Source of the DNA: an uncultured Chlorobiaceae bacterium
GTDB lineage: Bacteria > Bacteroidota > Chlorobiia > Chlorobiales > Chlorobiaceae
NCBI GenBank assembly: GCA_903838025.1
Contig: CAILXB010000134.1
Span: forward strand, 1 to 56,597
Direction: 5' to 3'
Length of the DNA stretch: 56,597 nucleotides
The position numbers were made by a program, and so were the translations under genes. The notes under the pieces are model-generated. The model made no database searches. It was given only the letters and a program-made list of their open reading frames with translations, and had not been told where the DNA came from. Each line of letters starts with the position of its first letter. The stretch's first letter is position 1. Positions 21,691-31,185 of this stretch are shown one piece after another.

Positions 21691-23946
21691 ATGCTCAAAG
21701 AAAATGCCGTAAGAGAGCTCCTCCCTTACGGAAAGCCTTCAAAATCACTTGATCTCATCGGTTTTTTAAAGCGATATGGCCTCTATATTCTTTTTTTAGG
21801 CTCGTTTCTTTTTGCAATGTTAACACCATTGATTTTTTTGATAAAAAACCCGTACTATGAGGTTCACGCATTTTTAAGGCTTGACCCGGTTATATCAAAA
21901 TTAATTCAAACATCTGATGAATCATCTATCGTCAACTATTATAACGATTATGCCAATACTCAAGCTCACACCATAAAATCATTTGATGTTTTAAAACTTA
22001 CCGTTGATCAACTCAATTCCCGCGAAAGAGCCGAAATCTTTCCTGGTATCAAATCGTCAGAGGTTTGCGCTGATATACTTGATCGCATGATTACGGTCAA
22101 GCCGTTTCCAAACACACATCTCCTGGAAATAACAATTTCCGGAAACAAACCACGCGGGCTTGCCGAAATAGTCAATAAGTTGATGAATGCCTATATCAAC
22201 GACAGTCGTACAAAAAACAATACGGTCGATTCTGACAAATTGAAATATCTTTACGGACAAAAAAAAGCTATCGAAGAAAAAATGGCTTTGTATGAGCGCA
22301 ATCTTGACAGCCTTACCAAAGATATTGCAACTGCGGCATACTCCGAAGATTTCAACATCGCCGCCAAAAACAGCCAATCACTTTTAGGTATTTACGACAA
22401 TGCCCTGATGGAAAGAATAAAAGCTGAAACAAATTATGAAAAAGTAAAAACTGAAAGCAGGGAAATAGCTGCGATTTCATTAAACCCTCTCATTGAGGAA
22501 CTTGTCATGAATAACCAATCACTCTATTCAACCGATTCATGGACATATCAACAACTCCAGGAAATGAGAAGCACAACCGATGGATTAACAACAAAAAATC
22601 CTGACCGTATCTATGTAGAACAACGCATGGATGCTATGAAAAAATATGCAACCAAATTGCACGACGAGGTGCGAAATACTGCAAAATCGGTACTCTATGG
22701 CAAAAGAAATCTTGACATTAAAACACAATTGATTCATGCACAAACTGATTTTGAAAAAACAAAAAAAACCGAATTGCAAATTCAGGAGGAACTAAATAAA
22801 AACCTGAAAGAGTCAAGACGAGTCTCAATAGGAATTCACAAAGGTGAAAGTCTCTCTGAATTTGTAAAACATAAGCGTGGCATCCTTGATATGCTTGATA
22901 CTCGAATCACTGAGATAGAGATTGAAAATAAGGCCCCGTTACGCATATCCATAGAATCTCTGGCAAGAACACCCAAAGCACCTCTGAAATCGAATACCAA
23001 AAACCTCATAACGATGTTCTTTTTCAGCGCATTCGCTATTGTAGGTGGTTCGTTTTTCATCTACGAATATTTAGACGACACTATCCGTCGGCCGCTCGAC
23101 ATTGAGCACGCACTTGGCTACCCTCCTACACAGACCATTTCAGATGTTGACAAACAAAATGATGGCGCGCAACAATTGAGCATTGCTCCAGATGATTTTA
23201 AGGCTCATCAGATCGGGAGCCTCGCCATTAAGTTCTGTCGCGAAAAAGAACGAGATAATACAAGAGTAATACTTTTTACTGGAATTGAAAAAGGTGTAGG
23301 CTCATCAGCAATTGCATTCAGTTGCGCCAAAGCACTTTCGCAAATTGCGCCAAAAGTCCTCATGATTGATGGTGACATTGAGGTTCCCGAGGTTGAAAAT
23401 GACTCTGAATTTCAGCTTAATTTACCCGGCCTTTGCGATTATCTCTATAATGCCGGTTCATGGAGGGATTACGTCATCTCTACTCCGGGAGATAATATTG
23501 ATATGATGTATGCAGGCAATATAACTGCAAACCCTATACCTCGTCAATTAATAAAAGTCCTGCTCGAAGAGGTTAAAAAAGAGTATGACTTTATTTGTAT
23601 TGACAGTGCATCATTATTAAAGAGTCACCTTACGGAGCATCTTGCAATTTATAGTGATATTGTAGCTTTGGTTTGTCTTGGAGACAGCTCTCAATATAAA
23701 AACCTGAGGCATTCCGCTGAACTGCTTGTTCGTCTTGGAGTTCCTGGAATTGCTCCTATTCTGAACTTTGGAGGCATCAAGCAAACACTGTCCATAGAAG
23801 AACTTTTCGACAATCCACCGGAATTCATCAAAAAAATTATACCTCAAAAAGGTATTGACTATATCATCAAATCACAACTTCTTGTCAAGATTGATAAAAT
23901 CATCAGCTCTTCCAAGAAAATCCGGCAACACGAAAAGCAATCGTAA
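21691..23946 (+). CDS. Wzc/GumC-like polysaccharide co-polymerase with degenerate kinase domain
   Basis: TM, coiled coil, TM, then LDDTIR, GVGSS, LMIDGD, YDFICIDS. Confidence 0.85.
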   Translation: MLKENAVRELLPYGKPSKSLDLIGFLKRYGLYILFLGSFLFAMLTPLIFLIKNPYYEVHAFLRLDPVISKLIQTSDESSIVNYYNDYANTQAHTIKSFDVLKLTVDQLNSRERAEIFPGIKSSEVCADILDRMITVKPFPNTHLLEITISGNKPRGLAEIVNKLMNAYINDSRTKNNTVDSDKLKYLYGQKKAIEEKMALYERNLDSLTKDIATAAYSEDFNIAAKNSQSLLGIYDNALMERIKAETNYEKVKTESREIAAISLNPLIEELVMNNQSLYSTDSWTYQQLQEMRSTTDGLTTKNPDRIYVEQRMDAMKKYATKLHDEVRNTAKSVLYGKRNLDIKTQLIHAQTDFEKTKKTELQIQEELNKNLKESRRVSIGIHKGESLSEFVKHKRGILDMLDTRITEIEIENKAPLRISIESLARTPKAPLKSNTKNLITMFFFSAFAIVGGSFFIYEYLDDTIRRPLDIEHALGYPPTQTISDVDKQNDGAQQLSIAPDDFKAHQIGSLAIKFCREKERDNTRVILFTGIEKGVGSSAIAFSCAKALSQIAPKVLMIDGDIEVPEVENDSEFQLNLPGLCDYLYNAGSWRDYVISTPGDNIDMMYAGNITANPIPRQLIKVLLEEVKKEYDFICIDSASLLKSHLTEHLAIYSDIVALVCLGDSSQYKNLRHSAELLVRLGVPGIAPILNFGGIKQTLSIEELFDNPPEFIKKIIPQKGIDYIIKSQLLVKIDKIISSSKKIRQHEKQS

Positions 23947-23951
23947 ACACT

Positions 23952-24452
23952 ATGATTTCAGCAATCGAACCTGACTGGTCCCGTGAAAAAATTATACGCG
24001 GATGGTATGAACCAGGAAAATATCTTCTCTTAACTATTCGAAAGTACCAACGCCAACAGTTAAAAAAGAACTTTTTTTCCAAAATGATATCCCCTTTTCT
24101 TGTAGTACAACACCGTTTCTGGAGTGCTGTCAGTGGTGCTGATATACCGCTCAACGCAAAAATAGGTGGCGGTCTGATGATTCCTCATCCAAACGGTATT
24201 GTCATACATCCTGATGCTGCAATCGGCCCAAACTGCCTTATTTTGCAGCAAGTTACCATCGGAAATGGGCTAAAACCCGGACTTCCCGTTATTGAAGGGC
24301 ATGTGGATATCGGAGCAGGAGCCAAAATAATCGGTAACATTCGCATAGGAGCTCATGCCCGCATTGGCGCTAACGCTGTTGTCATCAGCGATGTCCCCGA
24401 GGCATCCACAGCCGTTGGGATACCGGCAAAAGTTCATCATAATTACCGATGA
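23952..24452 (+). CDS. CysE-like hexapeptide O-acetyltransferase
   Basis: GADIP, IPHPNGIVIH, IGAGAKI, VGIPAK. Confidence 0.88.
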   Translation: MISAIEPDWSREKIIRGWYEPGKYLLLTIRKYQRQQLKKNFFSKMISPFLVVQHRFWSAVSGADIPLNAKIGGGLMIPHPNGIVIHPDAAIGPNCLILQQVTIGNGLKPGLPVIEGHVDIGAGAKIIGNIRIGAHARIGANAVVISDVPEASTAVGIPAKVHHNYR

Positions 24453-25882
24453 GTGCCCCGGGAAACATATTTGTTCCACTTGCTTTTTTTGGATGGACAC
24501 CTTTCATCTTTTTTCTCTACAAAAAGCTTGATGCGCGTTTGGTGCCTGTCATAGCTTATGTGGCTGGATGGATGTTTCTACCCTGTGCTGATTATGACAT
24601 TTTTCTGCTTAAAAATACAAAGTCAACCGTTCTGGGTCTCGGCATTTTTGCTGGAGCCTATTTTAATGATCAAGCACGACTTTTAAACTTTAAATATCAT
24701 AATGCCGATATACTGATTGTGATGTGGTGCACCGCCTCATTTTTTTCATCAGTCTTCAATGGTTTAGGATTTTATGACGGTATTTCAACAATCTTGTACA
24801 CCGCCATCAAATTTGGGCTGCCCTACTATATCGGCAGAATCTATTTTAATGATACCGATGCCTTAAAAACCCTGGCTCTCACTATTTTCATTGGTGGCGT
24901 TGTTTACATACCGTTCTGTTGGATTGAAATGATCATAAGCCCGCAGATGCATCGTCTGACCTACGGTTTTTCTCAAACAAGCTTTGCCCAGAGTTTAAGG
25001 GATGGCGGCGGATATCGGCCATCAGTCTACATGGATCATGGCCTCATGACTTCTATGTGGATGATGCTGGCGGGATTCCTTGGAAGCTGGCTGTTATACT
25101 GCAAGGCACTTCCAAAAAAAATACTTTTTGTTCCATCTCTCTACCTGCTCATAATGCTTGTTTTTACATCAATAATGATGCAATCAGCCGGAGCACTTGC
25201 ATATTTATTCATTGGTCTTATCGTGCTCTTTCTTTCAAGCAAATACAAAAATTTTATTCTTGTGGCATTATTGTTACTCTGTCCCTATTTCTACGTTGTT
25301 GCAAGAATTGGCTATTCATGGGACGGCCGAAATTTTACTAACTATATTGCTGAAAAATTCAGCCCATCAAGAGCTGCATCACTACAATTCCGATTCGACA
25401 ATGAAACCATCCTCCTCAATAAAGCATTTCAAGGCTCTTTTTTTGGATGGGGCGGTTGGAATCGCTCAAGAGTCTTTGATGATAAAGGAAAAGATATCGC
25501 CGTAACTGATGGAGGATGGATTATTGTCTATGGAGTCAATGGCATCTATGGATTATCAGTATTTTTTTTGATGATTCAATTACCGGTATTCATTCTTCTT
25601 GTCCGCTTAAAACCTGAAACATGGAAAACTGAAGCCTATGCGGCCCCTGCGGCTATGGCTGTATTTTCCGCTATTACGCAGATAGACAACCTTCTTAATG
25701 CAATGTTCAATCCCATTTATATGGTTATTGTAGGTGGCCTTATCGGATTACTCATAAAAAATCAAGACTCTTTTGTGCTCTCTAAAGATAAAAATATTTC
25801 CGATATACTTGAGAATATCATTACTCAGAGAACCCGATTTATTGGAGCGCCACCCTCTCAAAATTCAACATTTATTCACTAA
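24449..25882 (+). CDS. O-antigen ligase/Wzy-like membrane protein
   Basis: More than 10 TM segments; YRP, SLQFR, FGWGGWNR loop motifs; cluster context. Confidence 0.75.
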   Translation: MSAPGNIFVPLAFFGWTPFIFFLYKKLDARLVPVIAYVAGWMFLPCADYDIFLLKNTKSTVLGLGIFAGAYFNDQARLLNFKYHNADILIVMWCTASFFSSVFNGLGFYDGISTILYTAIKFGLPYYIGRIYFNDTDALKTLALTIFIGGVVYIPFCWIEMIISPQMHRLTYGFSQTSFAQSLRDGGGYRPSVYMDHGLMTSMWMMLAGFLGSWLLYCKALPKKILFVPSLYLLIMLVFTSIMMQSAGALAYLFIGLIVLFLSSKYKNFILVALLLLCPYFYVVARIGYSWDGRNFTNYIAEKFSPSRAASLQFRFDNETILLNKAFQGSFFGWGGWNRSRVFDDKGKDIAVTDGGWIIVYGVNGIYGLSVFFLMIQLPVFILLVRLKPETWKTEAYAAPAAMAVFSAITQIDNLLNAMFNPIYMVIVGGLIGLLIKNQDSFVLSKDKNISDILENIITQRTRFIGAPPSQNSTFIH

Positions 25883-25911
25883 TAACCAATAACCATTAAC
25901 TTTACATTAAG

Positions 25912-26283
25912 ATGCAACTCTCAACAAAGCTTATAATAATCTGGATTATAGTTTTTATTGGCCTTATTGGTGCTACGTTTTCAAGCAGTACCGCAAGCTC
26001 GGCAGGAGATGTTTTCGATATACTCTTTCACATATCAATCTATATCATCCTTGCCTTTGTACCCATACTCTTGTTCAGAAAGCGAATTATTGCATTTATG
26101 GCAACCATTGCCATAGCACCAATAAGCTTTCTTTTAGAAATGCTGCACGTAAATTTTACAACCGGTAATTTTGAAAATTTGATTCGGGATGCATCCTACA
26201 ATAACATCGGAATCATCATTGGAGTTATTGCTGCAGCCATTATACGAATTAAAATGCATTATGGGAATGAATCCTCAATATAG
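25912..26283 (+). CDS. Small membrane protein, VanZ-like
   Basis: 4 TM segments; D..FH..Y, LE..H, D...NNIG pattern. Confidence 0.55.
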   Translation: MQLSTKLIIIWIIVFIGLIGATFSSSTASSAGDVFDILFHISIYIILAFVPILLFRKRIIAFMATIAIAPISFLLEMLHVNFTTGNFENLIRDASYNNIGIIIGVIAAAIIRIKMHYGNESSI

Positions 26284-27499
26284 TCGTAAAGTAATATTTT
26301 TGAAGGTTTTTATACATTTATTCCTTTTTTTCCCTGGTAAGTATGTCGCAATTGCCTCTGCAGAACCAATAACAAGTGAAAGCATTACTGCGCAATTTAA
26401 TACAATACATCTTTTTTCAGATAGTCTTGCTGCAGTAAGGATGGGTAAACACTACGGTTTTATTGATAAACAGGGCAAAATGGCTATCACTCCGCAATTC
26501 GACGACGCTCACGACTTTTCAGAAGGTGTTGCAGTTGTTAAAATCGGCGGTCGCTATGGATATATTGATAAAGAGGGGAAAATGGTTTTTATGCCGCAAT
26601 TTATTGTAGCACGTAACTTTTCTGAGGGTCGAGCTGCTATAGTAATAGGCGACACTCGCGAAAAATTTTTTTATATCGACAAGCAGGGCAATATCGTTAT
26701 TAATCAGCAGTTTGGTGCAACTCCTGGTTTTAAAAAGAATATGACCAGAGTAGATATTGGGGAATTAGGTGCCAGTAAGTTTGGATTTGTTGACCGAAAA
26801 GGAAGATTAATCACTCTGCCACAATTTGATAAAGTGCAAGACTATTCTGAAGGAGTTGCTGCTGTAAAAATGGGTGATGATCGTACCGGAAAATTTGGGT
26901 TTATTGATGAAGAAGGAAAAATGGTCACCAGTTTTCAGTTTGATGCGGTCAACAGGTTTACCGATGGTCTTGCTGCTGTCAAATTTGGAGAGAAGCCAAA
27001 CGATAAATGGGGGGTCATTAACAAACGCGGCAAACTGGTTATCAACCCGGTTTTTGATGCTATCACTGTTTTTTCAGAAGGATTTGCAGTAGCAAAAGTC
27101 GGGAATCACGCTTTTTTTATCAACAGAGAGGGAAAAAATCTTTTTAACCTGACCTTCGATATCGCCAGTGTTTTTTCAGAAGGACTGGCCGCCGTCAAAA
27201 CTGGCCAGCAGTATGGGTTTATCGACAAAAAAGGACGAATGGTTATCAAGCCCCAATTTGTTGAGGCCTCTCCTTTTTCGGAAGGTTTGGCATTGGTCAA
27301 GGTCGGTAATCTCTATGGTTATATAGAGCGGGATGCTGCAATGGTCATCAAACCTCAATTCAGCGCAGCCGAAAGTTTTTCCGAAGGTCTTGCAAAAGTA
27401 ATGATTACCGAAGGGAATACCAACACCTGTGGATTTATCAACAAACAGGGAACTATGGTCATAACCCTCAAGCTTATGGAAGAATACCCAGCTCCCTGA
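26261..27499 (+). CDS. WG (KWG) repeat protein
   Basis: About 10 units of FSEGLAAVK...YGFIDKxG; hydrophobic N-terminus; start uncertain (26261 or 26267). Confidence 0.88.
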   Translation: MGMNPQYSRKVIFLKVFIHLFLFFPGKYVAIASAEPITSESITAQFNTIHLFSDSLAAVRMGKHYGFIDKQGKMAITPQFDDAHDFSEGVAVVKIGGRYGYIDKEGKMVFMPQFIVARNFSEGRAAIVIGDTREKFFYIDKQGNIVINQQFGATPGFKKNMTRVDIGELGASKFGFVDRKGRLITLPQFDKVQDYSEGVAAVKMGDDRTGKFGFIDEEGKMVTSFQFDAVNRFTDGLAAVKFGEKPNDKWGVINKRGKLVINPVFDAITVFSEGFAVAKVGNHAFFINREGKNLFNLTFDIASVFSEGLAAVKTGQQYGFIDKKGRMVIKPQFVEASPFSEGLALVKVGNLYGYIERDAAMVIKPQFSAAESFSEGLAKVMITEGNTNTCGFINKQGTMVITLKLMEEYPAP

Positions 27500-27501
27500 C
27501 T

Positions 27502-27548
27502 CTATCAATCAGAGAGCCCTCCCCCCAGAATGACTCTCTTTATGCTAT
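27502..27548 (+). promoter_or_regulatory. Paired putative enhancer sites, promoter 2
   Basis: ctatcaatcagagag (27502) and ctctctttatgctat (27534), 32 bp apart as at promoter 1. Confidence 0.6.
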
Positions 27549-27622
27549 GCACAAAAAAAACCTTAACACATCGTACAAACGCAATGTATTATAAATAAAC
27601 AAATTAAATCTCATATTGCCTT

Positions 27623-27637
27623 TGGCATTTAATTTGA
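27623..27637 (+). promoter_or_regulatory. Sigma54 -24/-12 promoter 2
   Basis: TGGCAT-ttaat-TTGA upstream of the GT operon. Confidence 0.65.
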
Positions 27638-27692
27638 CTTAAATTTAAATGTGAAGGTTATTTAATAAGCAAATTCCAGGGAAAAATAAAGA

Positions 27693-28754
27693 ATGTCGCA
27701 TCTGCCTGATATCGATTGTGTTCTTATAGGCGTTAACTGCAGCAAAACACTTGGCAGGTGCATTGATTCTGTCTTTGCATCTGGTTACCCAAAAGAAAAA
27801 ATCTATCTCTACTACGTTGACGGCGGTTCCACAGACAGGAGTATTGATGTTGCTAATGCTTATGACTCTGTTACCGTCATAGCCCTCAATCCGGAGTACC
27901 CTACACCGGGTATAGGCCGCAACCATGGTTGGAAACAAGGCTCTTCACCATTCGTGCATTTTCTTGATTCTGACACAATTCTCAACCCAGACTGGCTTAA
28001 AATTGCGGTACATGCAATAGATAAAGAAGAGCAAATCGGTGCTGTGATGGGATTACGCAAAGAAATGCACCCAGAACACTCTATCTATAACTGGTTAGGA
28101 GACATTGAGTGGAACGGACCCATTGGTGAGTCCAGTTGTTTTGGCGGTGACGTTCTTCTGCGACGTAAGGTTCTTGAAAAAACAGGTGGCTATGATGAGT
28201 TCTTGGTCGGTGGAGAAGATCCTGAACTCAGCAGGCGTGTTCTACGGGCAGGCTGGAAAATTATCCGGCTTGATGCCTTGATGACGCAGCATGACCTGGC
28301 TATGAAAACCGTTCGTCAATACATGGCGAGGGCATTCCGTTCAGGGTATGGGTTTGCTGCAGTTCGAAAACGCGAAGCCGAAGCTGGCAGTGATTTCTGG
28401 AAGTATGAATTTCAAAAAATAGTTATTAAAGGAGGAGTCTTTATGATCTGCCTGATTTTTTTCATCCTGACAATCTTCATCCATCCATCCTCAACAACCA
28501 TTACGCTTGGGCTTCTGACACTGGCTCCCGGTACTGCCATACTCCTCAATCCTCGTCTTTTTAAGGTCAATAAATTTATGCGTGAAAACAATCTGAACAA
28601 AAAAGAGGCCAGAACCTATGCCTGGCACTGCTCTCTTGTCGTAATCCCTCAACTCTTTGGATTAATCCGTTTTTATTGGGGTCTCATCACCGGGAACCCC
28701 TTAAAAAACAGACGGAACACTCTCACAACCGGACTCTCTGTCTCAGAAATATGA
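27693..28754 (+). CDS. Glycosyltransferase family 2 with C-terminal TM segments
   Basis: YVDGGSTD, FLDSD, GGEDPEL. Confidence 0.9.
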   Translation: MSHLPDIDCVLIGVNCSKTLGRCIDSVFASGYPKEKIYLYYVDGGSTDRSIDVANAYDSVTVIALNPEYPTPGIGRNHGWKQGSSPFVHFLDSDTILNPDWLKIAVHAIDKEEQIGAVMGLRKEMHPEHSIYNWLGDIEWNGPIGESSCFGGDVLLRRKVLEKTGGYDEFLVGGEDPELSRRVLRAGWKIIRLDALMTQHDLAMKTVRQYMARAFRSGYGFAAVRKREAEAGSDFWKYEFQKIVIKGGVFMICLIFFILTIFIHPSSTTITLGLLTLAPGTAILLNPRLFKVNKFMRENNLNKKEARTYAWHCSLVVIPQLFGLIRFYWGLITGNPLKNRRNTLTTGLSVSEI

Positions 28755-29971
28755 TCAAACAACCCATAGCATATCTCTGCAGTGAGTACCCGGCAGTCTC
28801 ACACACGTTTATCTACAGAGAGATAGAATCCTTAAGAAAAGCAGGTCTGACTGTCCATACGGCATCTATTCGTAAACCATCGAACCTTCAGTTCATGACT
28901 GCGGCAGAACAGGAAGAGGCTGTTCAAACCCTGATGGTACTCGCCACACCGCTACCGTTGATGGCAAAAGCTCATATTCACTCTCTCCTCAAAAAACCTG
29001 CCGGTTACCTCCGTATGGCTTTTGAAGCCTCAAAACTGCTCTTCAAGGGACCAAAAAGTCCAGTAAAGGCATTAGCCTATTTTGTTGAGGCTGGAATTCT
29101 TTTGGAATGGATGCACCGGCACAAGATGAACCATATCCATGAGCACTTCGGAAATCCCACAGCTATAGTTGCCATACTGATGAAAGCGTATGGTGGCATA
29201 AGCTACAGCATTTCCGTCCATGGACCTGATATTTTTTATGCTGTCGATTCAGCCCTGCTTGCTGAAAAAATCAAAAAAGCAAGTTTTGTCCGCTGTATAA
29301 GCCACTACTGCCGAAGCCAAATCATGCGTATCAGTGATGCAGAGAGTTGGAACCTGCAACACATTGTGCGTTGCGGTGTAGATCCTGACCTCTATGTCGT
29401 AAGACCGGACCCTGGTAACAAGGTACCCAACATTATTTGTGTCGGGAGGCTGGTACCTGCGAAAGGACAGCATATCCTTCTTGAAGCCTGCTCGCTGCTT
29501 AAAAACAATGGCGTACCATTTCATCTCACCCTGATCGGTGAAGGACCAGACCGGCTCTCCCTTGAAAAGTTTGTCGCTAAAAACGACCTCAGCGAAGTAG
29601 TCACCTTTACCGGAGTACTTGGCCAGGACAAGGTGCGTCAACATTATGACAAGGCTGATATCTTTGTGCTTGCGAGTTTTGCTGAGGGCGTTCCGGTGGT
29701 ACTGATGGAAGCAATGGCCAAAGAGATCCCCGTCATATCGACCAGAATTACCGGTATACCGGAACTTATCCTGCACGGCCAGGACGGACTGCTTGCAACG
29801 CCTGGAGATGCAGAAGACCTTGCCAGCCAAATGTTGACCCTGCTCAATCATCCAGAGCTGCGACAGCAATTCGGAAAAGCCGGACGAAAAAAAGTAAGCG
29901 CAAACTACAACCAGCATGTAAACAACCTCCTGATGGTCGATTTACTTAACCAGGCAAGAGCACAATCATGA
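28751..29971 (+). CDS. Glycosyltransferase family 4
   Basis: YPAVSHTFI, VGRLVPAKG, EGVPVVLMEAMA; start at the ATGA overlap, 28751. Confidence 0.93.
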   Translation: MIKQPIAYLCSEYPAVSHTFIYREIESLRKAGLTVHTASIRKPSNLQFMTAAEQEEAVQTLMVLATPLPLMAKAHIHSLLKKPAGYLRMAFEASKLLFKGPKSPVKALAYFVEAGILLEWMHRHKMNHIHEHFGNPTAIVAILMKAYGGISYSISVHGPDIFYAVDSALLAEKIKKASFVRCISHYCRSQIMRISDAESWNLQHIVRCGVDPDLYVVRPDPGNKVPNIICVGRLVPAKGQHILLEACSLLKNNGVPFHLTLIGEGPDRLSLEKFVAKNDLSEVVTFTGVLGQDKVRQHYDKADIFVLASFAEGVPVVLMEAMAKEIPVISTRITGIPELILHGQDGLLATPGDAEDLASQMLTLLNHPELRQQFGKAGRKKVSANYNQHVNNLLMVDLLNQARAQS

Positions 29972-31167
29972 TAATCATTGAATTTCTTATCAAAAGCCTG
30001 CTTATTCTGCTGGCCCTGCCTGCCGGATATCTGCTTATGAGCACTATCGCCTCATACCTCTTTAAAAAAGAGGAAACGATAAGTAACCAATTCCTTACTA
30101 TAGGAGTACTGATTCCCGCTCATAACGAAGAAGAGGGCATAAAAAAAACTCTTGAAAATATTCTGGCGAGTGATTATCCCGCCAACCGATTTGAAATTTT
30201 TGTGGTAGCAGATAACTGCACTGACGCGACAGCTCAGAATGCACGAGAAGCAGGCGCACAAGTTTTTGAGCGCTTTGACAAACATAAACGTGGAAAAGGA
30301 GAGGCACTCGACTGGTTTCTCAAAAACTGCCAAGAAAACTATCGGGGAACCAATGCCATCACCATCATAGATGCAGATGTCTGCCCCGACAAAAGCTATC
30401 TGCGTGAAATCAGCGCTTCACTCAGCAACCCAGACATTAAAACGGTTCAGGCTTTTAACGGAGTCAGTAACCCCCAGGCTGGATGGCGCACGGCACTTAT
30501 TGATGCCGCCTTCAACGTATTTAACCATCTCAGGATGGCTGGATCATTCCGCATGTCAGGAAGCGCTATTCTGAGAGGCAACGGCATGGGGTTTCGCACA
30601 GAACTACTGAGGCACTATGGATGGCCTTCACACTCCATCGTTGAGGATATAGAATTTACACTACTTCTGCTCAAAGACGGAATCAATGTACACTACAACC
30701 CGGATGCAGTTATTCGCAGCGAGATGGTAACCTCTGGCAAAAACGCCTCAAGCCAGAGAAATCGCTGGGAAGGTGGACGCTTTATGCTTGTAAAAAAGAT
30801 GTCACTTCCCCTTTTCAAACTTTTCAAAGAGTCACACGATTTCCGCTACCTCTACGCATTTGCAGAACTTGCCATACCACCGCTCTCGATTCTTGTCATG
30901 CTCTTTACTCTTGCAACAGCGGGCTCCATACTTCTTGATACCGTCTGGCAAGTGCTCGCAGCCTCGTTCTGGACAATACTTTTTCTCTATCTTGCATCAG
31001 GCCAAATTCAACGCAAAGCACCACTCTCCACCTGGCTCTACCTGGCAACAGCACCTCTTTATGTACTTTGGAAAATCCCGATCTATCTGGGAATGATGTT
31101 AAAAAAGAAAACCAATGACTGGGTAAGAACCACACGGGAAGCCAGCAAAGAGAGCAGCAATTGCTGA
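29968..31167 (+). CDS. Glycosyltransferase family 2 (membrane, processive-type motifs)
   Basis: IPAHNEE, ADNCTD, IDAD, VED, QRNRW. Confidence 0.92.
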   Translation: MIIIEFLIKSLLILLALPAGYLLMSTIASYLFKKEETISNQFLTIGVLIPAHNEEEGIKKTLENILASDYPANRFEIFVVADNCTDATAQNAREAGAQVFERFDKHKRGKGEALDWFLKNCQENYRGTNAITIIDADVCPDKSYLREISASLSNPDIKTVQAFNGVSNPQAGWRTALIDAAFNVFNHLRMAGSFRMSGSAILRGNGMGFRTELLRHYGWPSHSIVEDIEFTLLLLKDGINVHYNPDAVIRSEMVTSGKNASSQRNRWEGGRFMLVKKMSLPLFKLFKESHDFRYLYAFAELAIPPLSILVMLFTLATAGSILLDTVWQVLAASFWTILFLYLASGQIQRKAPLSTWLYLATAPLYVLWKIPIYLGMMLKKKTNDWVRTTREASKESSNC

Positions 31168-31185
31168 CAAAAAAACTATTGACTC

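Noticed and set aside
26400-27460. Periodic DNA repeats as a CRISPR array
   Set aside because: Degenerate in-frame WG protein repeats; no identical repeats with unique spacers and no cas genes
29249-29917. 222-aa minus-strand ORF
   Set aside because: Antisense shadow of the GT4 gene
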